From a virus, in IMG/VR virus record IMGVR_UViG_3300046777_002415, positions 15,499 to 79,498 of that record: a stretch of 64,000 nt of DNA; one strand, written 5' to 3'. Under the pieces are notes generated by a model. That model saw nothing but the letters and a program-made list of their open reading frames with translations, did not search any database and had not been told where the DNA came from. Shown here in pieces: positions 18,801 through 29,100 of the stretch; within the stretch, counting starts at the first letter, position 1; each line of letters starts with the position of its first letter. The position numbers and the translations under genes were made by a program.

Positions 18801-21800
18801 AGCTCGACGGTCGCCACCGGTCTGCGGCAATTGCTGCTGGAGCTCTTCAACCCCGACGAAAAGACCATCGCCTTCCTACGCAAGCGCTACAACGAGATCG
18901 GTGAGCGCCTGTCGGACGGGGAGATTCGCACCCGCTTCCAGGGCTTCCAAAGCTCCAACAACCCGCTGCTCGAAGCGCTCGGGGAATTGCGCAGACTCGG
19001 CGCGGCCGGCTCCGGCCGGGATGACTTCCGCCGGGTGCTCGATATCCGGGCCGAGAACGTCGGGCTACCGCTTATGCAGCGGCTGGACGAACTGGCGAAG
19101 AGCATCGCTCAGGTCAGCGAGACCGGAGCGGCTGCCGCAGGCGCTGCCGATCGCGTCAATACCCTGAAGAAAGCTATCGAGCAGCTCGGGGTTAAGGTCC
19201 AGCTTCTGGCCGAGGACTTGGTCGGCGATCTGCCCAAGTCGCTGGAGACACTAGCCAAGTCCATTGGCGACTTCATCGATCGCATTCGCGGCAAACAGCT
19301 TGACTTGTCCCTGTCAGGGCAAGAGTCCTCAATCGATAAAGGCACTGCGCTCGAAGGCGGCTATGTCGGCTACGCGCTGGCTCGTACCCGGCTGGGACGT
19401 ATCGGCTCTGCTGCTGTAGGCATGCTGACTGGCGCGACTTCGTACCTTGGCGGCAAGGCCGCAGAGGCAGGCGACGGTGCCAAAGGCGAGGTCGTATCAC
19501 AGGCTGTGCAAGGTGCCGCAGGCATAGCCGCCGCGATCGAGATCGTCAGGAAACTGGGCCAGTATGACTGGATCAGAAAACTGATAGGGCTCGGCGGAAA
19601 AGTCGCCGCTGTCGCCAAGACAGCAGAAACGGCCGTCGAGGGCGTGGTAGCCGCCGCAGAAGCCGCTCCCGCTGCTGTCGGGATTCTCGGCCGTCTCGGG
19701 GCACTCCTTGCCCGGTTCAACCCGTTCATCGCGGTCGCGTCTTTCGCTTTCGCCGCTTATGAATTGTTCGATCTACTCCGGGAGAAGTTCAAGGGACCCG
19801 GCCAGGGCGCCAATTCCGAGGCAGTAGCCAGAGCGCTGGCCCAGCAACAGCAGCAGGTAGGCGAAGCCGAGGCAGCTCTCAAGCAGATCACTGCTGATAA
19901 CAAGAGCAGCATCAAGGCGCAGGCCGATGAGGTCAACAAGCAGGTCTTGTCGTACAGCAGCACCCTGCAGGACATTTTTGGCAAGAATGCTGATGAAGCA
20001 GCCAAGATGTTGGAAGAGCTGGGTAGCGTACCGCTGGAGGCAGGCACCAAGCGCACCAATGATCTGCGGGCGCGGCTGGAAGCCAAGGCTCCGAAGGGCC
20101 TAGACGAGCGAAAGTTTGCGGAGCTCTCCAAGGCCCGGGCCGACTTCACTGCGGCCCAGAGCACCTTGCAGACGCTGGCCAGTCAGCAACTGGACAAGGC
20201 TGCCAAGATCGTCCGCGAAGGTCAGGAAAACATGGATGAATCCGAGAAGAAATTCTTGGAGGCCATCGACACCCTGAAAGACAGCCCGCTGTTCAAGCCA
20301 GGGGCATTCACTCCGGAAAACTTGGTCCAGGGCCTGAAGGATCTCTTCACTCTGCTGAACATCGAGATCAAGAAAGGCGAGAAGGTTCTCGAAGACGCCA
20401 AGGCCAAAGTGGCCACGACCGAGAACCAGCAGACCGGCCTTGATCTACGTAGAGCTTTTGGCGAGGGCAGCACTCCAGACACTCGCCAGCAGTTCGATAT
20501 CTTCATCCGGAAGGCGACCCAAAACCCGACCCCGGAGAATCTCGCGGAGCTTCAGCGCATCAAAGCCGAGACCGCGAAGTACCTGCAGGAGCAGATCGCC
20601 GCTGCCCCGAAGGATGCGCCTATCCCGCAGGATATGGCCGACCGAATCACCAACCTGGAGGATGTCCAGAAGAAGGTCGATGAGGCCATCAAGACGTCGT
20701 CCGAAGCCTTGATGACGGCCGAGGAGAAGAAGAAGAAAGCGGACGCGGACGCCGCCGAGCAGAAGAAGATCGACGAGGCCAAGCAAAAGCGCCGGGCTGC
20801 CGAAGAGGATGCCGCCAATCTATCCGAAGAAGAGCTGGCCATCCTGCGTAACCGACTCGAGACCGAGAAGGACGAATGGGAAGAGAAGGTCAAGCTCGCC
20901 AACAAAGAGAAGCGGTGGAATGACCTACTCAAGGACGGCGGTCTCATCGACAAGCAGTACGAGGCTCGCGTCAAGCTGGCAGAGGCCGAGCAGGGGCTTG
21001 CTATCCGCGCAGTGCGACGGGCTGCTGACGATGCCGGCATCGCTCTGCCAAAGAACGTCACTGACCTCAGCGCCAAGGACCGGGTTCTCGTAAAGCGGGC
21101 TGAGAAGGGTCCGGAGGCGCTCGCCCGTCTGGATCAGGCCAATACCGCACTAGCCACCATCAAGAAGACTCGGGACGAGGCCAAAGCCTCGATACTCGAG
21201 TCCTCGAAGCAGGTCATCCCGTTCACGGAATCTGTCGCCTACAACGACCGCCAGATCGAGATCCGCAAGCTCAAGGAGAGGATCAACGACAGCGAGAAGG
21301 AGAGCCTCTCCGAAATGCTGAGCATGATCGACCAGCTGTACGCGCTGGAGATCGCCAACATTCAGGAGGAGATTGATCACGTCAAGAGCCAGAAGAGCAA
21401 CTACGGCACCGACGAGGAAGGCCAAGCCAAGTACAAGATCGCGCTGGCCAAAGCCGAGGATCGCAAAGCTGACGCCATCAGCCAACTAAAGCGCCAGCGG
21501 CAGGCTGTCATCGACCGTGCTGAGGTTGAGTCCCTCAAGGCTGAAGAGAAGTCGGTCATCGCGCAGCAAAAGCTGATCGTCGCCCGCAACAAACAGAAGG
21601 CCCAGGCGCCGGAGACCACCCGCCGCGGGGTGCAGGTCCTGACCGGGGTACCGCCGCAGATGGGAGGGGTGCAGACTTCTGGCATCAGCCCGAACGCAAA
21701 AACAGCATACGACTATTTCATTCGCAAAGGCCTGAAACCGTATCAGGCGGCTGGCATCGTCGGCAACCTGATGCAGGAGTCGTACGCCCAGGTTGAGCCG

Positions 21801-24800
21801 ACGACCACGAATAGCCGGGGTGCCGTAGGCATAGCCCAATGGCTGTACCCGTCCAGAAAAGCCGGACTGCTAAGCAAGAGCAAACCCTACGATTTGCAAA
21901 CCCAGCTCGACTATATCTGGGAGGAGTACAACACCACCCAGAAGACCGCGCTGCGGAATATGCGCTCCTCTGGGGACCTTACCGGCGCAGTGGACTCCTT
22001 CCTTTGGGATTTTGAGAACCCTGGTAAGGACGAAGCACATCGCGACAAGCGACTGAAACACGCGCAACGGGTTCTGGCAGCAATGCAAGGATCCGGCGCT
22101 GCTTATGGCTCTAGGCCCATCCCTGCCGCCACCCCTGTGTCAGGCGGCCTGCGCCCCCGCGCATGGGAGGAGTTCAAGTTCATCGACCGTGACGGCAACG
22201 GCGGCGGCGATGTCTTCGGTGTAGAGAAATTCAAGCAGAAGGCCCCGCAGGTCTATCAGGCCATCATCGGCGGGGCCATGAAGTGGGTGGAGGAGCAAGG
22301 CGGCAAATCCTACGTCAAGATCCGTGACATCGGTAGAGGCAGGGACAAAGGCAACCACAGTATGGGGTATGCCGGCGACGTCGAGCTTTACGACGCTCAA
22401 GGCCGGAAGATCCCGAATCTGCGCAACACGGGCAAGCAGTTCCGCGCTTACGAACAGTTCTGGCAGGACGGCCTCGCCTATGCCATGCAACTGGAAGGCC
22501 CTGATGGCAAGAAGCTCTGGGGCCCCGAGCTTGAGAAGTATTTCCGCCACGGAGGGTATTTCACTGACACCTCCAGGGACGGCATGCACGGCGATGTCAG
22601 CATGTTGTACCCGGAGGAGCGCAAAGCTGCGGGCTACAAACCTGCTGTCCCTGCTGCGGGTGGCAACCTACGCGAGGGTGCCTACCCCTGGTTCAAGAAG
22701 CAGTTCCGCCTCGAATCCCAAGGTATCCCGAACGGGGACTGGAACCAGTACTTCGCGGATCGCTTCCCGGGGCTGGCCAGCCAGATGGGTGCAGTATCTT
22801 CGGCCGGCCCTGATTACACTGGCGTCCTCAGCGGTATCCAATTCCCTGGCGGCATGGCTGCCGACGAGATCAGCCGGTCCCAGAAAGAACTTCGCGACCT
22901 CGACCTTCAGCGTATCGAGATTCTGGCCAGACGCTCGCGTCTGGATCCCAATATCGATGTCGGTGCCGAGTCCAAGGACATTTCTGCCCGGGCCTACGAG
23001 CGGGACACCAAGGACCAGCAACGGGCGATCGATTCCCTGCGCTCCGGGCTAGAGGCGCAGCAGACATACCTGACCCGCCGGCAGACAGAAATGCTGCCGT
23101 ATGGCCCAGCGGAGGCTGCGGCCAGAAGCGCGGCAGGCCTGCCTTTCGCCCCGAAGGATGAGTTGACCCGCCTCCAATCAGTCAGGGAGGAGCTCGACAA
23201 TGTCCAGATAGCTGCCGAGGAAGCCCTTCGCGCCTTGGGCCCCCTCAAATCAAGGATGGAGGATAACCGAGACCAGGCACAGGCTGACCTCAGCGCCGTC
23301 AACAAGCAACTGGAAGACGCAAAGACCCGCGGAGACGAACAGGCAGTCAAGGCGTTGGAGGCCAAGGCCGGCTACTTCGACGATTACCTGACCGCCCTGA
23401 ACGACAACCTGAAGGGCTGGGACACGCTGACCGCGGAATTCCAGACCCGGGTCAATGAGTCCAGGGCAGCCGTTGCGGCCAACATTCAGGAGCAGCAGAA
23501 CTTCGACCCGAGCCTGCTGAACCGGGAGATACCGGTCAAGGTCGTCGGCCCGGACGGTAAAGTCAGGGATGAGACCTTCACCCAATACGGACAATTGGCG
23601 CAAGGCTTCGACGCGAAAGCCATTGCCGCTGACCTGAATGAGCTCTCCTACTCCCTCAAGAACCTCGGACGGAATATCCGTGGCTTCTTCGTCAACGTCA
23701 TCGACACCTTCGTCAGCACCGTCGCTGACCGCATCGTCAAAGGCGCGGCCGAGGTCGACACGACGGCGCTGAACGAGGCGAGAGCGAATCTGTACGCGGC
23801 TCAGGCTGATGGAGGTGCAGAAACAGCCAGGCTGCAGGCGGAATTGCGCCAGTACGAAGACTCCACCAAAGGTATGGACACGCCCGGCATTCGGGCGCGT
23901 CGTGCCGAACTGCAGAGCACGTATGCGCAGAGCGCACAGGCACGTTCTGCCGAGGTCAACGCCAGGCAGGCTCAGGTCAAGGAATTGGAGAAGCAGGCCG
24001 AAGGGCCGACCCTTGGAGATGCATTCACAGGGCTGATGCAGGAATTCAGCAGCCAGATGCTGAAGACCGTTCTGCTCATGCCGTTCCAGGGCATCATGGA
24101 TAAGTTGGGTCTAGGCCAGAGAGGTTCCCAGGCCAACCCCATGTACGTCAAAGATGTCGACGCGCCCGCCAAGACTGCTGGAGCCGGGGGGTCCGCCGGA
24201 GGGGCATCGACAGGCGGGGTCATGGATTCCGTTCTGGGCCCGCTCAAGGATGTCTTCTACGGCATTGGAGACATGTTCGGGGGGATATTCAGCACCATTA
24301 CAGGACTGTTCAGTAGCCTAGGTGGAGGCGGGGGCGGTGGCTGGGGCAATGCCATCGGCTCCATAGTCGGGGCCTTCTTCGCAGAAGGTGGGCCAGTCGG
24401 TCGGCAGCGCGTCACTGGCAAAGTCAAAGGGCCTGGCACCGGCACCTCCGACTCCATCCCCGCCTGGCTGTCCAACGGCGAATACGTCCTGACGGCTGCC
24501 GAGGTCCAGAAGATCGGGGTGCAGAACATCGAGAAGTGGAAATCGGCCATGGCCAGCCCGGCCAAGTTCGCCGCCGGCGGATTGGTTCAAACCTTTGACA
24601 CCGCGACCCGCAATCCGGCAAACTACAGTAACGCTGGTGCTACAGGTGGTAGTACCGATGTGACAATCATCGACCAGCGCAGCCAGGCCTCTTCAGAGCC
24701 GGTATCAGTCAACCGCACCCGCGGACCCGACAACAAGGAAGTCATTCAGATCATGGTCAGGGACGCTGTCAAGAACGCCATCAATTCCGGCTATATGGAT

Positions 24801-24851
24801 CGCACCATGGCCGCGAACTTTGGTGCCCGTAGGCCCGGAGCCCGCCGATGA
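15819..24851 (+). CDS. Tape measure protein with phage-tail lysozyme and M15-like peptidase domains
   Basis: 3010 aa, helical and Ala-rich, TP901-type core (~18300-18900), AAGIVGNLMQES..GIAQW, H-x6-D..HxD, C-terminal FAEGG..GPGTGTSDSIPAWLSNGEYV. Confidence 0.92.
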   Translation: MATSLPNEQIEIGIDLLLGKVNDKQLAKGLSDLANRVSEIAAKTSYDPTVKVDIKLGDEKKINQSVAKATKTINDALKDLAPDSEDAGKTVDAYREYFHKLERALSVNTAEYSKTVQANYEALASGNDRVLRKLGDKELAAAVRYGNASNLRNKLLKQALDSSASIFNRVGKEGIPVKPVAVDALDTELKKQADKYRNFNRFIKDSNVEARVQAVENRRYRQDLIKKTQKRNIERLGEDFNFSGVQRAYRKEIGDLLRDQESAPLKGKRGLLSKDQIGKQVQTLEGELKAVQGRYKILFGSTLQDSARAAEAGSTQAEIRYNKAKEQIGKAGLQTTERKVAETLAQKELTTALNGAYQVLKKLAPLGEKESKDAQDRVERLLSEKEALGKLVSARRDDARLRNQRNTLEVNAAKSDEREQKRVRNQRNTLEVNAAKSDEREQKRVRNQRNTLEVQAAKREEQEKIRTRRGTNQLEVQAAKREEQSRQRGLNQRNAIDVRMDKAGFSPDNIASLRERVGALGYRKGTISETLKGMVASNALGVDGAVADLQILKTKLLDVSRAAKDSGIPKLESEFKGLANAVGKAVGQVNKFDKRPPAEDFDAQVRAYRTRQARIEALGTARDALFTQVSSLRSMMSNAQTEGDIKTLRILLAEALTDVRRLGTESKKLGFEEGIDSARRLKKEISEVGDASKTTLKEIKGPTAAELRRAEKERIRAALIAQGEEAFAAVGGIRNYAKIGEGDYHAAQAYAAYTRDTIDKRRPDIVNDPNLTEVQRSKALKDLSKEFNTASKAANYLQAEINGNVGALRQIQLAARNFARYFIVYGGLYQVVGYFQQLARTLVDFQDSLKSTQVIAQATGRDMAGIGEAIRSVASESGDSLRNVAAAAETLAQAGTSVKDIPAALKAVSDFALATGSSMQVAADIITSAKEIFGEDLTFAGAADQLTRAVNISKLRAEDLRTIFNLGAQTAQSSGLSSAQFLGASATLSNLGIKSSTVATGLRQLLLELFNPDEKTIAFLRKRYNEIGERLSDGEIRTRFQGFQSSNNPLLEALGELRRLGAAGSGRDDFRRVLDIRAENVGLPLMQRLDELAKSIAQVSETGAAAAGAADRVNTLKKAIEQLGVKVQLLAEDLVGDLPKSLETLAKSIGDFIDRIRGKQLDLSLSGQESSIDKGTALEGGYVGYALARTRLGRIGSAAVGMLTGATSYLGGKAAEAGDGAKGEVVSQAVQGAAGIAAAIEIVRKLGQYDWIRKLIGLGGKVAAVAKTAETAVEGVVAAAEAAPAAVGILGRLGALLARFNPFIAVASFAFAAYELFDLLREKFKGPGQGANSEAVARALAQQQQQVGEAEAALKQITADNKSSIKAQADEVNKQVLSYSSTLQDIFGKNADEAAKMLEELGSVPLEAGTKRTNDLRARLEAKAPKGLDERKFAELSKARADFTAAQSTLQTLASQQLDKAAKIVREGQENMDESEKKFLEAIDTLKDSPLFKPGAFTPENLVQGLKDLFTLLNIEIKKGEKVLEDAKAKVATTENQQTGLDLRRAFGEGSTPDTRQQFDIFIRKATQNPTPENLAELQRIKAETAKYLQEQIAAAPKDAPIPQDMADRITNLEDVQKKVDEAIKTSSEALMTAEEKKKKADADAAEQKKIDEAKQKRRAAEEDAANLSEEELAILRNRLETEKDEWEEKVKLANKEKRWNDLLKDGGLIDKQYEARVKLAEAEQGLAIRAVRRAADDAGIALPKNVTDLSAKDRVLVKRAEKGPEALARLDQANTALATIKKTRDEAKASILESSKQVIPFTESVAYNDRQIEIRKLKERINDSEKESLSEMLSMIDQLYALEIANIQEEIDHVKSQKSNYGTDEEGQAKYKIALAKAEDRKADAISQLKRQRQAVIDRAEVESLKAEEKSVIAQQKLIVARNKQKAQAPETTRRGVQVLTGVPPQMGGVQTSGISPNAKTAYDYFIRKGLKPYQAAGIVGNLMQESYAQVEPTTTNSRGAVGIAQWLYPSRKAGLLSKSKPYDLQTQLDYIWEEYNTTQKTALRNMRSSGDLTGAVDSFLWDFENPGKDEAHRDKRLKHAQRVLAAMQGSGAAYGSRPIPAATPVSGGLRPRAWEEFKFIDRDGNGGGDVFGVEKFKQKAPQVYQAIIGGAMKWVEEQGGKSYVKIRDIGRGRDKGNHSMGYAGDVELYDAQGRKIPNLRNTGKQFRAYEQFWQDGLAYAMQLEGPDGKKLWGPELEKYFRHGGYFTDTSRDGMHGDVSMLYPEERKAAGYKPAVPAAGGNLREGAYPWFKKQFRLESQGIPNGDWNQYFADRFPGLASQMGAVSSAGPDYTGVLSGIQFPGGMAADEISRSQKELRDLDLQRIEILARRSRLDPNIDVGAESKDISARAYERDTKDQQRAIDSLRSGLEAQQTYLTRRQTEMLPYGPAEAAARSAAGLPFAPKDELTRLQSVREELDNVQIAAEEALRALGPLKSRMEDNRDQAQADLSAVNKQLEDAKTRGDEQAVKALEAKAGYFDDYLTALNDNLKGWDTLTAEFQTRVNESRAAVAANIQEQQNFDPSLLNREIPVKVVGPDGKVRDETFTQYGQLAQGFDAKAIAADLNELSYSLKNLGRNIRGFFVNVIDTFVSTVADRIVKGAAEVDTTALNEARANLYAAQADGGAETARLQAELRQYEDSTKGMDTPGIRARRAELQSTYAQSAQARSAEVNARQAQVKELEKQAEGPTLGDAFTGLMQEFSSQMLKTVLLMPFQGIMDKLGLGQRGSQANPMYVKDVDAPAKTAGAGGSAGGASTGGVMDSVLGPLKDVFYGIGDMFGGIFSTITGLFSSLGGGGGGGWGNAIGSIVGAFFAEGGPVGRQRVTGKVKGPGTGTSDSIPAWLSNGEYVLTAAEVQKIGVQNIEKWKSAMASPAKFAAGGLVQTFDTATRNPANYSNAGATGGSTDVTIIDQRSQASSEPVSVNRTRGPDNKEVIQIMVRDAVKNAINSGYMDRTMAANFGARRPGARR
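17025..17271 (+). repeat. 66-bp tandem repeat inside the tape measure gene
   Basis: Identical units start at 17025 and 17091, a third partial unit at 17157, and a related segment recurs 66 bp later. Confidence 0.9.
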
Positions 24852-25267
24852 GTGGCGCTATCGTCGACTGGCCGACCTATATGAATCCGGCTACCAACCA
24901 AGAAGAGCCCGTCCCACCACCGCAGTGGGATGGGCAGCAAATCGATGTGCAGGACATCTTGCTGCGGTCGCAGATGGACTCAGGCCCACCCAAGATTCGC
25001 CGCCGCTTCACCGGGGCGTCGAGGTACCTGACCTGCTCGTTCGTGTTCACGGTCGAGCAGGCCTATGCCTTCAATGTTTGGTACGAGGGCGAGCTTGGTT
25101 ACGGCGCCAATCGGTTCAACTGGATTACGCCCTACAGTAATACGCCTTGTGTGGCCAGCCTCCGCAAGCCTCCGACCGTCGTCCCTGCGTCATCCATCAT
25201 TCGCCGAACAGACGGCGGTTACCACACGCTGTGGAAGTACACCTGCGAAGTTGAGATTCACCCATGA
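24848..25267 (+). CDS. Distal tail protein
   Basis: RSQMDSGPPKIRRRFT..F..WY...L..G...F.W motif, directly after the tape measure. Confidence 0.75.
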   Translation: MSGAIVDWPTYMNPATNQEEPVPPPQWDGQQIDVQDILLRSQMDSGPPKIRRRFTGASRYLTCSFVFTVEQAYAFNVWYEGELGYGANRFNWITPYSNTPCVASLRKPPTVVPASSIIRRTDGGYHTLWKYTCEVEIHP

Positions 25268-25782
25268 GAAACGTCTCCCTTGATGGCCTTCGGTCAATGA
25301 TCGCCCAGCAGACCGATTCGATATGGGTGTTCGGTGTGACATTCATTCCCGGAGAAGGGGACTCCTACCCCGTCACCCGGTACTGCAACAATACGGAGAA
25401 CTTCAGGTTCCCTTATCCGAGCGGCGATGAGTACGTCGCCTTACCTTTCGAGGTGACCCTAGCCTCTGAGAATGAGGAGTCCGTGCCGCAGGCCCGAATC
25501 CGGATTGACAACGTGTCCTTGGTGTTCTCGAACGTCATTCGGAGAACGGATATACCGCCGGAAGTTGAGCTTCGAATCTTCCGCCTTGAAGAGGAAGTGG
25601 TCGACGGTGAGAAGACATGGGTCCCGTATCTGGAGCTAGGGCCATCCGCCTTCACCTTGCTCGGGGCCACCGTCAATTCGGTAACGGTCGAGGGCACCAT
25701 CGGCTACGAACATGACATTCTCAACGAGCCGGCAGTGCAACACCGGTTCACTCCGACACAAGCTCCGGCCATGTTCAGCTAA
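25264..25782 (+). CDS. Minor tail protein (DUF1833-like)
   Basis: NNTE...YVALPFEVTL..E....PQARIRIDNVS...FTP..PAMF. Confidence 0.8.
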   Translation: MRNVSLDGLRSMIAQQTDSIWVFGVTFIPGEGDSYPVTRYCNNTENFRFPYPSGDEYVALPFEVTLASENEESVPQARIRIDNVSLVFSNVIRRTDIPPEVELRIFRLEEEVVDGEKTWVPYLELGPSAFTLLGATVNSVTVEGTIGYEHDILNEPAVQHRFTPTQAPAMFS

Positions 25783-26180
25783 TGTGGTTCGTAAAGTATC
25801 TCGGCATCCCGTTCGTCGAGCTCGGCAGAGACCGTAGCGGCTGGGATTGCTGGGGACTGGTACGGACTGTCTACGCCGAGGAGCTTGGCATTCTGTTGCC
25901 GGAGTGGTCCTCGCACAAGAGCTCGTTCGACAATGCTGAGATAGAGCGTGAAATCCAAGACGCCCATGCGTACTTCTCGAAGATACCCCAGCCAGAACCC
26001 ATGTCAATCGCATGGTTCAGCAGCCGAAGCATATACGCCCATGTCGGCATAGTTATCGACGCGCAGCGCATGCTGCATTGCACCGCAGGCAAGGATACCT
26101 GCGTCGAATCGTGGCAGCCCCGCCTTCACCAATTGAAAGGATTCTACGTACCCAATGATCAGAATCATCGCCCGGCCTAA
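25782..26180 (+). CDS. NlpC/P60 (C40) tail peptidase
   Basis: YLGIPF...GRD..GWDCWGLV...HVGI....MLH. Confidence 0.9.
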   Translation: MWFVKYLGIPFVELGRDRSGWDCWGLVRTVYAEELGILLPEWSSHKSSFDNAEIEREIQDAHAYFSKIPQPEPMSIAWFSSRSIYAHVGIVIDAQRMLHCTAGKDTCVESWQPRLHQLKGFYVPNDQNHRPA

Positions 26181-29100
26181 TCCGTTTGAATCGGAAATCG
26201 TCTACTGCGACATAAAGCCCGGGCTCAACCTGACCGAGATCGTCGGCCGGAACAACAACAAAGTTCACATTCAGGTCGAGGGTGTCCCGGTACCCAACGA
26301 AGCATGGGACAGTACCTACCCAAAAAGCGGGGAGGTTGTCACTATAACAGTGGTGCCAGGGCTGTTTGGCCTCGAAGGGGTCATAGCGGGTATTGTCGGC
26401 GCAGCCGTCAACGCAGGGGCAACAGCAGGCCTCACCGTTGCTGGAGCTGTAGGGTTGACCGGTACGACCGCCACTACAGTGGCAGCTACCGTGGGTGGTG
26501 TGATCGGCGGTGCCATAGGTATCGGAGCCATGATCGCTCCGATGATCTTGCCCTTTCTGGTAAAACCCCAGCTGCCATCGATATCCGGCAGTGGCTACAC
26601 CGGGCAGACGGGCAGCCGTTTCAGTGTGCTGAACTCCAACAGCAACCCGAACATGCAGTACGGTGTCATCCCGAAGCTGTATGGCGAGTTCAGGATCACG
26701 CCCCCGGTAGCTGGCAATGCCTACACCAGACTCAAGAAGGCAGTCATCGTCGGGCAGCCGGGCACCTATGGCTACGCTGGAACGGAACCCACGCAGACGT
26801 ACCACCTTCTGCTGTGCCTAGGCTACGGGCCTTTAAAGATCGGCGGAGTCTGCATAGGCCCCCAAGGCTTACAAGTAACAGATCCCAGCACAGGTAACGT
26901 GCTCACTTGTCAATCGAAAGCAGGCACGAAAAGCCCTACTCAGCCGATCGACTGTCTGGACCAGGATGCTTTGGCGATTCTTGTAGGGGACACCCCATTC
27001 AGGCAGATACCGGGGTCGCTGTACACGGTCGGAACGGCCAAGGAAATCGTAGGCCTGCTGAACCGAGAGGGATGGGCATCATACCCGGCAGATATCGAAG
27101 AGGATTCCTTATCCCTCACGCTGCCTACCCCCAATACACCTCCGGACGTAGACAGCTCGTGGACTTCCGTGGACGGGGTGTATCAGGTCTGGACAGCTGC
27201 TCCAGATGCGTTGAAGGTTGAGGTCGACATCGTATTCGACGCGCTTTACGCCTCCAGAATGAAGGACGACCCGAATAATCCGGGCCTAGAGGACATGAAT
27301 GTCGATGTCGTCTTTCGTGTGCTCTTCAAAAAGTCGAGTGCTGCAGGCACGATCACACGCGAGAAGATTGGAGTAGACCAGTGGGGCGCGGAACAATGGG
27401 TCGTAATAGCGGCTGGTAGTTGGCAGCAATTCACTTCTTTCACCGCGACTGCTCGCTCGAAAGGAGCATGTGCTTGGACGGTCAAAATAGACCTGCCCTC
27501 GGATGCTGATCCCCCAGCCACTACCTATGACATCCTCGTCATCCGGCAGTCCACTAAATACCCTCGGCCGAACGTCTCCACATCTGCAGCCAATGCTACA
27601 TGGATGGCTCTACGCTCGCTCAAGGCAGGCACTGTGTGGGACACCAGCGAAGATACGGGGCTCGACGAGGCCATCCTCATGGCGGTGGAGTTTCAAGCGT
27701 CCAGAGGCTTCAACGGCGGCGTAGATCCGATATCCATTCGGGCTAAGTCCATTGTGCGGCGTCCCGTAGCGGATACATTAGCTGCATGGGGCAGCAACAA
27801 GAACCTAAAGTGGGTGGTCTCCTCGAGTCCTGCATGGGCTTTTGCCGACGCTTTCATAGGGCCACAACTGCAGGAACCCTTCAAGAAGGACCGCATCGAT
27901 TGGCCCGCGCTTATCGAATGGGCCAACTGGTGCGACGGCACTACGAATACATTTATCGACCCAGATACTGGTGAAGTAACCAGAAAGATCACTGACTACA
28001 ACTGGTATCACGTCGAAGAAGAGACCATTCTCGACAGAATTCGCACGATTACCTCTTGCGGTAGAGCAGCATGGAATATCACCGGAGGTCTGTTTTCGGT
28101 CACACAGGACGCGAATTTTTACCCGGTGCAGCTCCTGTCTCCGAGAAATAGCCGCAATCTGGAGATCACCAAGAGCTACCCAAAGATCCCTAATGCCCTG
28201 CGTGTCAGGTATGTGCATCCGAAGACTTGGCAGCAAGATGAAGTTATCGTTCTCGATGATTACTATCTAAGGAGAGTTAACAACCAATGGGTCGATAACT
28301 GGGGCGACCCACACACCCCCGGCCAAGACGGCTACAAAAAGGCGAAGACCTATGAGGTCCTTGAAACTCAAGGTGTAACCAGCAAGGCGCAAGCCAAACG
28401 CGAGGGCAGGTACCACTTGGCGAACCTGCGAATGCGTCCAGAATTCTTCACCTGCGAAGTCGATTTTGAGCATCTTGTCGCTCAGCGTGGTGACTGTGTC
28501 CTGCTGTCCCATGATGTGTTGTTGCGGGGGTGGGCTTTCGGCCGGGTACTCAAAATCACAGCGCCTACCCAGCAAAGCGCCGAGTACCGAATTGACGTCG
28601 ACACTGATATCGAGATCAGCGATGACGCCAATTTCGCTGTGCAGGTCAGGTCGATGAACACCGATCCGACTTCCGCGGTCCCTCTGGCGTTTATCGAATT
28701 GCCTTTGAGCAACCCGCCCGGCACCTACCAGCAGCTCTGGGTGTCCAGCAGTCATGCTGCTGAAATCGCCAAGATTGCCGAAGGTGACCTGTTTGTTTTC
28801 GGCCCCCTCGACGAAGACGGGGACCCGACTGGCAGTCTGTTGGCCAAAATCACCCAGATAGACTATCAAGCCGACATGTCGGCAAAGATCACCATGACCT
28901 ACGCTGCCCCGGGTATCCCTGCGGCTGACGACGGCATCATGGATGACGACGGTGACGGCCCGGCACCGAAGGAAATACCCCCGCCGCCACCCTCGTCATT
29001 CCGCCTCCTGATCTCACAGTCGATACCGGATATGACCGTCGACGGGGCCCGCTACACCGTGGACGCAACATGGGAATTGCCGACGACAGGGGTACGGGAC

